Shown here in pieces: positions 8,793 through 17,298 of a stretch of DNA of 64,000 nucleotides. A program made the position numbers and the translations under genes. Position 1 is the stretch's first letter. The number at the start of each line of letters is the position of its first letter. The DNA is from Candidatus Nanoarchaeia archaeon (GTDB lineage Archaea > Nanobdellota > Nanobdellia > Woesearchaeales > ARS49), in contig JBGPSD010000002.1 of assembly GCA_041489925.1 (NCBI GenBank), forward strand, positions 55,449-119,448. Direction: 5' to 3'. A model generated the notes under the pieces. The model was not told the origin of the DNA, ran no database searches, and saw only the letters and a list, made by a program, of their open reading frames with translations.

Positions 8793-8921
8793 TGCCCGGG
8801 GCCGGAGTCGAACCGGCGAACCCCTACGGGACTGGATTTCTCCAGCGAACCGCCCTGTTTTTTGTTGTGAGGGCGGCGGACATCTTAAGTCCAGCGCGTT
8901 TGGCCACTTCGCTACCCGGGC
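8793..8921 (-). tRNA. tRNA-Leu(UAA) with a ~46-nt intron
   Basis: Reverse complement GCCCGGGTAGCGAAGTGGCC...CTGGA-CTTAAGA-[intron]-TCCAG, long variable arm, T-arm GCCGG-TTCGACT-CCGGC, acceptor 7 bp plus discriminator A; no encoded CCA. Confidence 0.8.
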
Positions 8922-8960
8922 AGTCTCAAATAGAATTAGGGGCTTTAAAAATGATTTGTT

Positions 8961-9296
8961 TTAACGCAGTATTTTTCTCAGCTTTGCCAGCTCGCGGTTG
9001 ATTTCCGCAAGGCTCCTGTGCTCTTGGGCAGGCATTTGCTGGGCTTTCTGCGGCGGTACTGGTGTCCTGTTGAAATCGTGTGCAATTACAAAAATCACTG
9101 CAACAAGCAGCCCCATCAGCAGCCCGACTGCTGTGAGGAACGGCTTCAAGTCCCCGACTCCCTGCGCGGTTATGCTCTGGTTGCCTGTCGCAAGCCCTGT
9201 CGGAGTGCTGAACCGCAGGACAGCGAGCGTCACCATGAAAAGCATCAGGAAAAGAACAAGGTGGCTCCACGCGTGAAATCTTTCTGAGTCACTCAT
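8961..9296 (-). CDS. hypothetical membrane protein
   Basis: Two TM helices; TATA-like element (revcomp ttttatata, about 9319..9327) upstream on the minus strand. Confidence 0.4.
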   Translation of the reverse strand: MSDSERFHAWSHLVLFLMLFMVTLAVLRFSTPTGLATGNQSITAQGVGDLKPFLTAVGLLMGLLVAVIFVIAHDFNRTPVPPQKAQQMPAQEHRSLAEINRELAKLRKILR

Positions 9297-9376
9297 ACAC
9301 CCAAAGCAGGGGAACAGGTATATAAAAGTAACTTTTGTGGAAAAGCATTTATACTACCCATCATTCTATGTTCTTC

Positions 9377-9871
9377 ATGAAAAAGGGAGTGGTATTGGCA
9401 ATATTGTTATTGCTGGCAGTGCCTGCTGTTTTTGCAGTTAGCGCAACAGGCTCAACAAGCCAGTGCAAAGTACGCACAGACTGTTACCTGCTTATGCAAA
9501 AAACGCAGGTAACGTGCCCTCAGGGTTATATCCGCAATTACTCGCCTGACTGCGATGCAGGCAAGTGCGAGTTCTGCAAGCCAGCATCAGGAAGAATTAT
9601 CATTGACTGCAGGCTGGACGCGGACTGCACGACAAAGACAAGGTGCACCGCAGGGCTGTTTTCCCGCTGCCTCGGCAGCAAGTGCATCTGCACATCGCAG
9701 GCAAAGCCTGATTGCGTGACTAACAACGACTGCACCAGGAAGTTTTTGGGCAACACGCGCCAGAAGCTCTTCTGCGTGCGCAGCAAGTGCATTACCCCAA
9801 AACCTGCAATTACGATGTTGCCATGGGCTGCAAGGCCGCTGAACTATACAACGGCCATGCCAAGGGCTTAA
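9377..9871 (+). CDS. small secreted cysteine-rich protein with three internal Cys repeats
   Basis: Signal peptide MKKGVVLAILLLLAVPAVFA, then three repeats of DC..(K/T)..C..G....C.G.KC.C; TATA tttatact at 9348..9355. Confidence 0.5.
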   Translation: MKKGVVLAILLLLAVPAVFAVSATGSTSQCKVRTDCYLLMQKTQVTCPQGYIRNYSPDCDAGKCEFCKPASGRIIIDCRLDADCTTKTRCTAGLFSRCLGSKCICTSQAKPDCVTNNDCTRKFLGNTRQKLFCVRSKCITPKPAITMLPWAARPLNYTTAMPRA

Positions 9872-9921
9872 GAAAATCCAATTAAGCCTGACGCTGATTC
9901 TTGGCGATAGTCGCAGCTTTT

Positions 9922-11802
9922 TTACTGCGTTATCAGCACTTCAACATCCCTGCCGAAGATTTTCTTGAGCGACTCAAAGACAGGCTCCCTGATGAAAACC
10001 TTTGGTGGTATTGCTATCTTTGCCAGCGCTTTCTCGTATTCCTCCCAGGAGCTTGGCTCAAGCGGTCCAAGAGAGCCGTCGCGGTTTATCGCAGCCTTCT
10101 CAATGACCTTTTCAGGCGCGTCAAGGTTCCTGACAACAAATGCTATGCTGCCAAGCAGGGTGACTTCTCCGAACTTTTCACCTATCTTGACCCTGACTTT
10201 TGTCTGCTCAAGCTCGCGTCCGCGCTTGCGCTGCAAATACTCAACCATGAACTTGACAAGCTCAGAAGCGCTCTTGCGCGCCTGCTCAATGTCAGTCTTG
10301 GTCAGCTTGCCTGCGTCATACGCCTTCTTTGCGGCTATGAAGTCATTAAACAGCCTGAGGAATTTTGCAGGAACCTTGCCTGTTGAGATGAGCTTGTCCT
10401 CAAAAGTGCTGATAAGCTCTGCCTCCTCCACCTTTTCCTCTCCCTCTGACCTCAGCACGTCGCGGGTTACCGTCGTGAGGGTCTCGTAGATGTTGAGTAT
10501 TGTCTCTTCCTCCTTGTTCTTCTCAATCTGGCCGAAGAGCTTTTTGAGGCGCTTCATGTACTTTTCAGAGTCATCAACCAGCTTGTCAAGCTCTTTTCCT
10601 GTGACTTCCTTCTTTACGCCGTGCTCAATGTCCTTCCTTGTCTGGATGACATTCTCAAGCATCTTGACGTATTCCTCTTCAAGGAGCCTTTCTTTTTTCA
10701 CAAAAATCTCCCTGAGGACTTCGCAGGTTTCCTTTGGCGCAGGCGGCGGGACTCCGTAGAGCATAAGCGCTGCCTGTGTCGGTGTGAGGATGCTCCAGAA
10801 GAAATCCTCTGTCGCGATGTCCTTAAACTTGAACTTGATGCGCTCAAGCCCCTGCTCCCCTGTGCTCATGTACATGTCAATCGCTTCAGGCGACGGCTTG
10901 ATTTTGCCCATCTTCAGAAGCTGCTTCCATGGCATGAAGATTCCGCGGTCAAAGAACGGCACTCCGTCGCGGAGGAAGGTGAACATAACCGGGTTCGCCT
11001 CCCTTATCGCGTCCCAGAAGTCTGTCAAAATGTAGGTTTGGATGTTTATCTTGTTCTTGATTCCGGTTATGTCGCCGGCGTCCATTCCCATGTTTATGAT
11101 TATCGCGCGGAGCTTGTCCTTAAGTTCGGCGCGCGTCATCTTCTTGACGTCTGTGTCATCTATTACTATGAAGACGTCAATGTCGCTTTCCTTTGTTGCC
11201 CTTCCTGTGACAATGCTTCCTGCGAGCACGTATGCAACAATGTATTTCTCAAACTTTTTCAGGACCATTGTCTTGTGGATTTCTGCAATCTTTATCGCGC
11301 CGAGCATTCCTGTGTCATAGACTGGCGCTGACATTGCTATCAATTGCAGCCAGTCATACTTTGCGTCATAGCAGTTCTGCCACAATTCAGTCAGGAGCAG
11401 TGTCTGCGGGACTATTGACGGGTCAATGTCCTTTGCAGTGCTGTCCATTATTGCGGTGAGCTTGTCCTTGAGCTCCTGCTTGGACATTTTTGACGGTTCT
11501 GTGTCATCAATCAGTACGAGAACATGATGCTTGTCCTTGATTTGCGCAAAGCGCTTCTGCTCTTCTGCAAGGATTTCCGGAGGCAGTTCTGCAGGAGGAG
11601 CCTTTGGCGGAGGCATCAGTGCGATTCCGACGATGTATTTGTCAAACTTTTCAACTGTTGATTTTTGGAACTTCTCGAGCTTTGCCTTCAGCTGCGCGAG
11701 TTTTTCGCGGACTTCAGGCGGCAGGCTTGCGTCCTGCGGCTGCTCTTCCTGTTTTGGTGCTTTCTTGTCTTCCTTTTTGTCTTTCTTTGCCATGATAATC
11801 AT
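9922..11802 (-). CDS. pseudo-dimeric nucleotidyltransferase (Pol-beta superfamily), 626 aa: degenerate N-terminal copy plus catalytic copy plus helical C-terminal region
   Basis: Internal duplication KFDKYIVGIAL...VLVLIDDTEPSKMSKQELKDKLTAI versus KFEKYIVAYVLAGSIVTGRATKESDIDVFIVIDDTDVKKMTRAELKDKLRAI. The second copy has the hGS-x10-DhD NTase signature. Start overlaps the upstream gene stop (ATGA). Confidence 0.65.
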   Translation of the reverse strand: MIIMAKKDKKEDKKAPKQEEQPQDASLPPEVREKLAQLKAKLEKFQKSTVEKFDKYIVGIALMPPPKAPPAELPPEILAEEQKRFAQIKDKHHVLVLIDDTEPSKMSKQELKDKLTAIMDSTAKDIDPSIVPQTLLLTELWQNCYDAKYDWLQLIAMSAPVYDTGMLGAIKIAEIHKTMVLKKFEKYIVAYVLAGSIVTGRATKESDIDVFIVIDDTDVKKMTRAELKDKLRAIIINMGMDAGDITGIKNKINIQTYILTDFWDAIREANPVMFTFLRDGVPFFDRGIFMPWKQLLKMGKIKPSPEAIDMYMSTGEQGLERIKFKFKDIATEDFFWSILTPTQAALMLYGVPPPAPKETCEVLREIFVKKERLLEEEYVKMLENVIQTRKDIEHGVKKEVTGKELDKLVDDSEKYMKRLKKLFGQIEKNKEEETILNIYETLTTVTRDVLRSEGEEKVEEAELISTFEDKLISTGKVPAKFLRLFNDFIAAKKAYDAGKLTKTDIEQARKSASELVKFMVEYLQRKRGRELEQTKVRVKIGEKFGEVTLLGSIAFVVRNLDAPEKVIEKAAINRDGSLGPLEPSSWEEYEKALAKIAIPPKVFIREPVFESLKKIFGRDVEVLITQ

Positions 11803-12629
11803 GCCTCCACTAAGATTGGTTGTTCTGTGATTGTAAGCATTCCTTTTGCGAGCTGGACAAACGTTTCAAATGCGCTCGTTCCTGCCATTATTATCCTCTG
11901 CACAAAGTCAAATGCTATGTCGTGCAGCCCGTTGTTCGCGGGCTCAGGAAGGATGTTTTTACCGATTCCTGCGATGTTCCTCTCCCTTATCGTTTCCATC
12001 CACGCGAGTGAGAATGCGAATGCCTTTGCCTCCTCGTCGTGGGCGTTCTTCAGTGTTTTTGTAAGCACGTGGCCTATTTCGTGGCCGATTGTGAGCATCA
12101 GTTTGTCAAGCTGGTCTGCCCTTGCGAAAACCTGGCTTGCGCCCCTGCCGTTTGAGTTCAGGCTGAATCCCTGTATTCCCTCGCTCCATGAGCCGCTTGT
12201 TGACGCGTGCGCCTTCCTGAATTCCCGGTCATTAAGGACTTGCACAATGATGTCCTTTGGCAGCTCCTCGCCTGTTGTCGCCCTGAAAGCATCCTGTATG
12301 TATTCCTGTATTTCTGCAGCGTCGCCGACAAACCTTGCAGTGCTTCCTGCCTTGAGGAAAGTGTCTGCGACAAAGTAATTTCCTGGTGTGTGCAGGCTCA
12401 GGTAAGCCCCTTTTGCAGAGCTTGGAACATACTGCGGCAGTGCCATTGCTGGCTTCCCAACTGATTCGTGGCTCACTATGCTGTCAATTGAGGAGTGCGC
12501 ATACATTTGCTCTTTTGGGAAATATGACTGCTGGGCTCCTGAGTAGCTGCCTCCGTAAGAAGCAGCGCTCTGGCCGTAGCTGCTTGCGCCAGAGCTTCCA
12601 TATCCGCACGAGGAACCGCAGTAGCTCAT
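11799..12629 (-). CDS. HExxH zinc metallopeptidase (ImmA/IrrE-like motif context) with a Gly/Ser/Tyr-rich low-complexity N-terminus
   Basis: N-terminus MSYCGSSCGYGSSGASSYGQSAASYGGSYSG...; core ...KLMLTIGHEIGHVLTK...E. Confidence 0.6.
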   Translation of the reverse strand: MSYCGSSCGYGSSGASSYGQSAASYGGSYSGAQQSYFPKEQMYAHSSIDSIVSHESVGKPAMALPQYVPSSAKGAYLSLHTPGNYFVADTFLKAGSTARFVGDAAEIQEYIQDAFRATTGEELPKDIIVQVLNDREFRKAHASTSGSWSEGIQGFSLNSNGRGASQVFARADQLDKLMLTIGHEIGHVLTKTLKNAHDEEAKAFAFSLAWMETIRERNIAGIGKNILPEPANNGLHDIAFDFVQRIIMAGTSAFETFVQLAKGMLTITEQPILVEA

Positions 12630-12633
12630 TTTA

Positions 12634-12885
12634 CTACTTTACCTTTTCCTCCAATGGTTTCTTTGCTGATGCCTTCTTGGCTTCTGCCTCGAGGTCAACG
12701 CCAAGCTCTTTCAATGCCTTGACGTGCATCTGCATCAACTGCTCAACTATTGCGAGAAGCCTTCCGAGCTCCTGCCTCTCTTTTGCGAGAGTTGTCAGCG
12801 CTCCCTTGTGGAAGCCGACCTGTTCTGGTGAACTTTCAGTTTTCTTTGCCATTTTATTACCTCCTATGTATGACATTAAAGTCAC
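12634..12885 (-). CDS. small coiled-coil protein
   Basis: 83 aa, K/E-rich helical; lies 4 nt upstream of the metallopeptidase gene on the same strand. Confidence 0.4.
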   Translation of the reverse strand: MTLMSYIGGNKMAKKTESSPEQVGFHKGALTTLAKERQELGRLLAIVEQLMQMHVKALKELGVDLEAEAKKASAKKPLEEKVK

Positions 12886-12994
12886 ACTGCAGTGTAATAC
12901 GTGAATACAGAATATAAAGTTAATGGGACAAAAAAGTCATATTTGCTGATGTTACTACTGAATAGAAGCGAAAGTTTTATATTCTGCGGACAGT

Positions 12995-13513
12995 ATGTTT
13001 ATAAGTGTGAGAAACATGACAATTTGCGTGGCAAACACGGTGTGCAGTACATTGGAAAGTTGCGTGTATGAGCGGCTTGCAAAGGAGATGGGTATTGACT
13101 CTTTTGACGAAGCGCCTTCTGCATCTGTGCCAAGGGCGCGTTCAGGCAGCAACGGTCGTGAAAAGCTTGAGTTCCTTGTGGATGCATCAGGTGCTGAGCA
13201 TTTGCGAATTAGCTCGTGTGGCGAGGCGCCGAAGCCATACTTGATTCTTACGGGAATGACGCCTTCTCCATCACAATATCGTTTGACTGTTTATGTGCCA
13301 AGTGATGCGTTCTCCGAATTTGAGGCAAAACACAGCAATCATCGGGAACATTCAAATCCGCTCCACAATCGCATTGCAGGCGGAATAAGCAATGCCTTGT
13401 ATCTCAGGACATTTCTCCTGAATCCTGATGCTCATTTTGATTTCCCTGTTGCACGTGAAGAACTTGGGCTAGTTGATGCAGAACTCGCAAGGAATTATTT
13501 AATTGATTCCTAG
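12995..13513 (+). CDS. hypothetical protein
   Basis: 172-aa ORF convergent with the next gene; no motifs. Confidence 0.35.
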   Translation: MFISVRNMTICVANTVCSTLESCVYERLAKEMGIDSFDEAPSASVPRARSGSNGREKLEFLVDASGAEHLRISSCGEAPKPYLILTGMTPSPSQYRLTVYVPSDAFSEFEAKHSNHREHSNPLHNRIAGGISNALYLRTFLLNPDAHFDFPVAREELGLVDAELARNYLIDS

Positions 13514-14206
13514 TTCCTGGTGTTTGCCAATAATTGCAAAGACCCCTTTCTTGCCGTCCCAGGAAAACACAATCCTGTGGTCGCCAATAGGTGATGGCAA
13601 ATATGCATGAAGATATCCCTTCCATGCTCCCGTGAGAATTCTGTCTGTGACTCCTTTCACAAAAAGGCGGTTCTGCCCGACATAAATTCTGATTTTTTTT
13701 TCGATTCTGTCTATAATTTTGCTGTTTTGGGCATACACAGGCACAGACGCTTTTAATTCGAGGTACTTTTTTGTGTACTCAAATGGCGGCAGGTTGATTT
13801 CTTTTTTCGGATTCTCCAGGTCATGTATCAGGCTCAGCATTGCTGAAAGGATGTCAAGAAGGTCTTTGACCGGCTGCTTGAACTCGCCCTCGAGAAGTCC
13901 GCGCCAGGTTTCCGGGTCCTTGATAAACTCCTCATCACTTAACCCCTCCAAATTCTGTTTTGCAATATGCATCATGTTTGAAAAAATTGAAAGGAAGGAG
14001 TTCCATGAGGCAACAAACGCCTTTGTCTTGTCGGCGTTTACTGCTTCAAATACATCAGTTTTCTCCGAAATCTCCTCCTGCAGCGCATTCACTGTTTTCC
14101 GAACGAATTCAAAGGATTTTTTTGCATCTCTTATTTGCCCGTGGAGGAGGTATTTGTAGAAGTCTTCCAATCCTTTTTTGCAGGCATTCAATTTTTCTTC
14201 AATCAT
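13499..14206 (-). CDS. protein with a C-terminal RelE/ParE-like toxin domain fused to an unknown ~140-aa N-terminal domain
   Basis: C-terminus ...ILTGAWKGYLHAYLPSPIGDHRIVFSWDGKKGVFAIIGKHQELG matches the RelE/ParE core (DYRIIY...VLRIGHR pattern). Confidence 0.55.
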   Translation of the reverse strand: MIEEKLNACKKGLEDFYKYLLHGQIRDAKKSFEFVRKTVNALQEEISEKTDVFEAVNADKTKAFVASWNSFLSIFSNMMHIAKQNLEGLSDEEFIKDPETWRGLLEGEFKQPVKDLLDILSAMLSLIHDLENPKKEINLPPFEYTKKYLELKASVPVYAQNSKIIDRIEKKIRIYVGQNRLFVKGVTDRILTGAWKGYLHAYLPSPIGDHRIVFSWDGKKGVFAIIGKHQELGIN

Positions 14207-14256
14207 TCCTGCAGTAACATATTGTGTGTTAAAAAATGTTGTGGTTATTGTCGTTT

Positions 14257-15027
14257 TCAGAAGTCTATTCCGAGCTGCACAGCGCCCAGTATTACGTCAA
14301 TTTTTCCTTTTTCGCCGCCGAGCTCAACATTGTACTTTTCAACTCCGCCCATTACTCCGACGCGCAGCCCTTCTGTGATGGGGAAATCCACTCCGATTGT
14401 CCCTCTTTTGCCAAATCCCTTCCAGGAATATCTCTGTACTGGGCTCAGTTCAGAATACCTGTCGTGGCCTGATTCAAAGTCAAAGCCTCCGTATGGCATT
14501 CCTGCCTCTGCCCTGATTCTTAGGTCTCCGAGGTTTGCCTCTGCTATGATTGTTGGAATTATTGTGAACCATGTTGGTCTTAAATCAGAATACACAAATG
14601 AGCCGTCCTGCGGGGCTCTTTTGTCAGAGCTTTGCTGTTCACCCTGAAAAATTCCCTCTCTTTCTTTTGACGCGTGCAATGGGTTTATTCTCGCGTCAAG
14701 ACCTGCCCCAACTCTGAGCTCAGGGGTTCCAACTGACATCCCTGCGCCGCCCCTTACTGGAATGTCCCATCCTCTTTTAACTTCTGCTTTTGTTTCGCCT
14801 GAGAGGAACCAGTCATCAGGGTGCACAGGTGTTGTTTGTATTTTGTTGCCGAGCTTTGCGCGGTATTGCATGTATTCCATTCCGCCGCGAAGCTCACTCT
14901 CTACGTAAAATCCCTCCTTGTGCGCTTCCTCGCCCTGCTTGTAGTATCCTGCGCAGCCTGCAAGCGTGGCAGCTCCTGCGATTATTGCCGAATGCAAAAA
15001 GTTCCTGCAGATTTTGTCAAGTTTCAT
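14257..15027 (-). CDS. lipoprotein with an outer-membrane beta-barrel-like composition, ending in Phe
   Basis: Lipobox AGAATLAGC; alternating hydrophobic/polar pattern, Gly/aromatic-rich; C-terminal ...GAVQLGIDF. Confidence 0.5.
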   Translation of the reverse strand: MKLDKICRNFLHSAIIAGAATLAGCAGYYKQGEEAHKEGFYVESELRGGMEYMQYRAKLGNKIQTTPVHPDDWFLSGETKAEVKRGWDIPVRGGAGMSVGTPELRVGAGLDARINPLHASKEREGIFQGEQQSSDKRAPQDGSFVYSDLRPTWFTIIPTIIAEANLGDLRIRAEAGMPYGGFDFESGHDRYSELSPVQRYSWKGFGKRGTIGVDFPITEGLRVGVMGGVEKYNVELGGEKGKIDVILGAVQLGIDF

Positions 15028-15089
15028 GAAAGACAGGGATGTATTCTGGGTTTATACGCGTGTGTTGCAGCAGTCCAGACAACGCCAGC

Positions 15090-15097
15090 TTTATAAG
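15090..15097 (+). promoter_or_regulatory. TATA box (tttataag) about 26 bp upstream of 15119
   Basis: Correct spacing to the ATG of a transcript that would be leaderless or have a short leader. Confidence 0.4.
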
Positions 15098-15118
15098 CAT
15101 AGAACCATATTATCTGAT

Positions 15119-15730
15119 ATGGGGAAAATCCTCAAAAGGCTTGCCTGGAGATGGAACAACCTGACATTTAGGGAATTCTTTGACAGCTATTCTCCTGGGG
15201 ACATCTGGCTTCCTGACATGAACCTGAGCAAGTATGACGAACTTGTCAGGAACAGCATCAAGCCTGACATCTGCCCAAAAGAAGGCAATCCTTTTGTTCT
15301 GATAAAGCCCAGCGGGATGTCTCTTGAGAAGGAGATAAAGAAGGTTATTTCCTTCAATGGAATCAAAATCGCAGAAGAGCAGGACATTTCTGACTATGTC
15401 CGGCTTGCGGCGAGCATTTACAGGTTCAAGCCAAGGCAGGGCAAGGATATCCCGCAGAATTATTTCTGGCTCGCATTTGAGGACATGAAAATGAGCCACA
15501 GGACAAAATGCCTTGTTCTTGACAAGGAGACTGTTAACCTGTCAAATCCGCACGACTTCAAGATTCCTCTCAGGCACGTCCTTGGTCCTATCAAGTTTTA
15601 CAGGATTCATTATTACGGTCAGAGCGATGTTGCTTTTGCCTCATTTGTGCACGTTCCTGACAAGCAGGACCTTGACAGGGAGTATTCTGTGCTGAAGAAT
15701 TACCTTGAGGTGCAGAATGCAAAACATTGA
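15119..15730 (+). CDS. hypothetical protein (partner of the downstream radical SAM enzyme)
   Basis: Start set after the convergent upstream gene and behind the TATA box; overlaps the radical SAM start by 14 nt. Confidence 0.45.
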   Translation: MGKILKRLAWRWNNLTFREFFDSYSPGDIWLPDMNLSKYDELVRNSIKPDICPKEGNPFVLIKPSGMSLEKEIKKVISFNGIKIAEEQDISDYVRLAASIYRFKPRQGKDIPQNYFWLAFEDMKMSHRTKCLVLDKETVNLSNPHDFKIPLRHVLGPIKFYRIHYYGQSDVAFASFVHVPDKQDLDREYSVLKNYLEVQNAKH

Positions 15731-16766
15731 GGCACTGCACGCTTACAGCATAAACAATGCCCGCGCAGAAAAGCTTGCAAAATGCTTTTTGGAAAAAGTG
15801 CCTGCTTATGACGTTACCGGCAGGGGTGTTCTTTTCCTGACCGAGAGGTGCAATTTCAACTGCCTTTACTGCAAAAGGGCGCAGTACACCCAGCGCGATT
15901 TTGGCATTGATGAGGCAAAACAGGTTGTTGGCAGGCTTGCTGATTTCAAGTGCAAATACCTGCACCTGACTGGTGGCGAGGTGACAATATTTGACGGGCT
16001 TGATGAGATTGTCGCGACAGCGCAGGAGAGGGGAATGACCAGTTCGCTGTCAACAAATGGCACAGGAAGCCCTGAATTGTACAAGAAACTGGTTGAGAAC
16101 GGCGCAAAATTCTTTTACGTGACTCTTAACACCGACAATCAGTCAGAATGCGACCAGATGACCGGGAGAAAAAACACTTTTGAGCAGATTGTTGAAACAG
16201 TCGGCGGGCTTGTGGGCATGCGCGATGCAGGAAAGGGCGTTTACCTGACAATCAATGTTGTTGTGTGCGACAATAATATCTCGCGCATTGAGGATATTGC
16301 GAATTTTGTTTCAGGTCTTCGCCCTGATGATTTCAAGCTGATTCCAACAACAAGGTTGATGCACTCAATGACTGATGAGCAAAAGGCAAAAATAACGCAT
16401 CTTGCCGAGAAAAGCGGCGCCTTGAGGGAAAAATACAACTTTTTCAATTACCGCCTTGGGCATTTTGCAACAATGCGCGGCTTGAAGGACAAAAAGTATG
16501 CCGGAACAAGGTGCTATATCTGCATGGATGAGCGCGTTTATGGTCCTGAGCATTATTGGCCCTGTGATATTTATTTCAGGGAAAAAGGAAAACCATTGGG
16601 CAGGAGGTCTGAAAGCCTTGCTGCGCAGGCAGACCAGGCATTTGAATTCGCAATCAGGCGCAATCCCTCAGAAGACCCAATATGCAGGGAGTTCTGCTGT
16701 GACATAACAAGGGACTTTAACCTCGCAGTGCACGAAATGGTTAATGCGGGAATCAGGCAACCTTAA
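15717..16766 (+). CDS. radical SAM protein of unknown specificity with a Cys-rich C-terminal extension
   Basis: CNFNCLYC (CxxxCxxC) at the N-terminus, GGE motif (LTGGEVTIF), C-terminal CYICMDE...PCDIYF...CREFCCD. Confidence 0.75.
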   Translation: MQNIEALHAYSINNARAEKLAKCFLEKVPAYDVTGRGVLFLTERCNFNCLYCKRAQYTQRDFGIDEAKQVVGRLADFKCKYLHLTGGEVTIFDGLDEIVATAQERGMTSSLSTNGTGSPELYKKLVENGAKFFYVTLNTDNQSECDQMTGRKNTFEQIVETVGGLVGMRDAGKGVYLTINVVVCDNNISRIEDIANFVSGLRPDDFKLIPTTRLMHSMTDEQKAKITHLAEKSGALREKYNFFNYRLGHFATMRGLKDKKYAGTRCYICMDERVYGPEHYWPCDIYFREKGKPLGRRSESLAAQADQAFEFAIRRNPSEDPICREFCCDITRDFNLAVHEMVNAGIRQP

Positions 16767-17253
16767 ACTGCCTGCCGATTATGTTGCCTTCGCGCTCCCT
16801 ATCAAACAAAACTTCGCTGTTTTCAATAAGATAGACCTGCCTTATCTTTGCTTCCAGTATCTCGTCCCAGCACCAATTGCAGCACCACCAGTGGCCCCAC
16901 AGGTAAAGGTCTGCATTTTCAGGATTGTGCCCGCTTTCTTTTGCATTTCTTATTCCCCTGAATTCGCTGTGGTTCTTCGGGTGGCATCCCTCGCACAATT
17001 CATAGCCATGACCGGTAGGTATTTTCAGCTTTTTTCTCTCGCACCCGTTTTTCTCGTGATAGTCTGTCCCATTTGCTCCACACCCAATTATTTCACTGCC
17101 TTTCACAATCACGGTTCCTGTGGAATGGACCTTGTCAAGCGACTCAAGCCTTGCGAATTCCATTGCCACCCTGATATAGAAATTGCTTGTAGGGACATAT
17201 TCAATTGTCCTGCCTTCAGGGATGTATGGGTAATCTATTTTTTTGGTATTCAC
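16753..17253 (-). CDS. dCMP / cytidine deaminase family zinc-dependent deaminase
   Basis: H(A/S)E motif (HSEFRGIRNA) and a downstream Cys pair (WCCNWCWDEI). Confidence 0.7.
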   Translation of the reverse strand: MNTKKIDYPYIPEGRTIEYVPTSNFYIRVAMEFARLESLDKVHSTGTVIVKGSEIIGCGANGTDYHEKNGCERKKLKIPTGHGYELCEGCHPKNHSEFRGIRNAKESGHNPENADLYLWGHWWCCNWCWDEILEAKIRQVYLIENSEVLFDREREGNIIGRQFKVA

Positions 17254-17298
17254 TTCACTCCCCCTGGCGGTAGAGAACAGAGCGGTATTTATATTACT

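Noticed and set aside
8774-9001. 75-aa plus-strand ORF (also 8674..8964)
   Set aside because: Lies antisense across the intron-containing tRNA-Leu(UAA); composition is not protein-like
9965-11830. Multiple plus-strand ORFs (9965..10489, 10621..11331, 11042..11320, 11531..11830 and others)
   Set aside because: All antisense to the 626-aa NTase gene; Ser/Leu-rich shadow-frame composition typical of antisense ORFs
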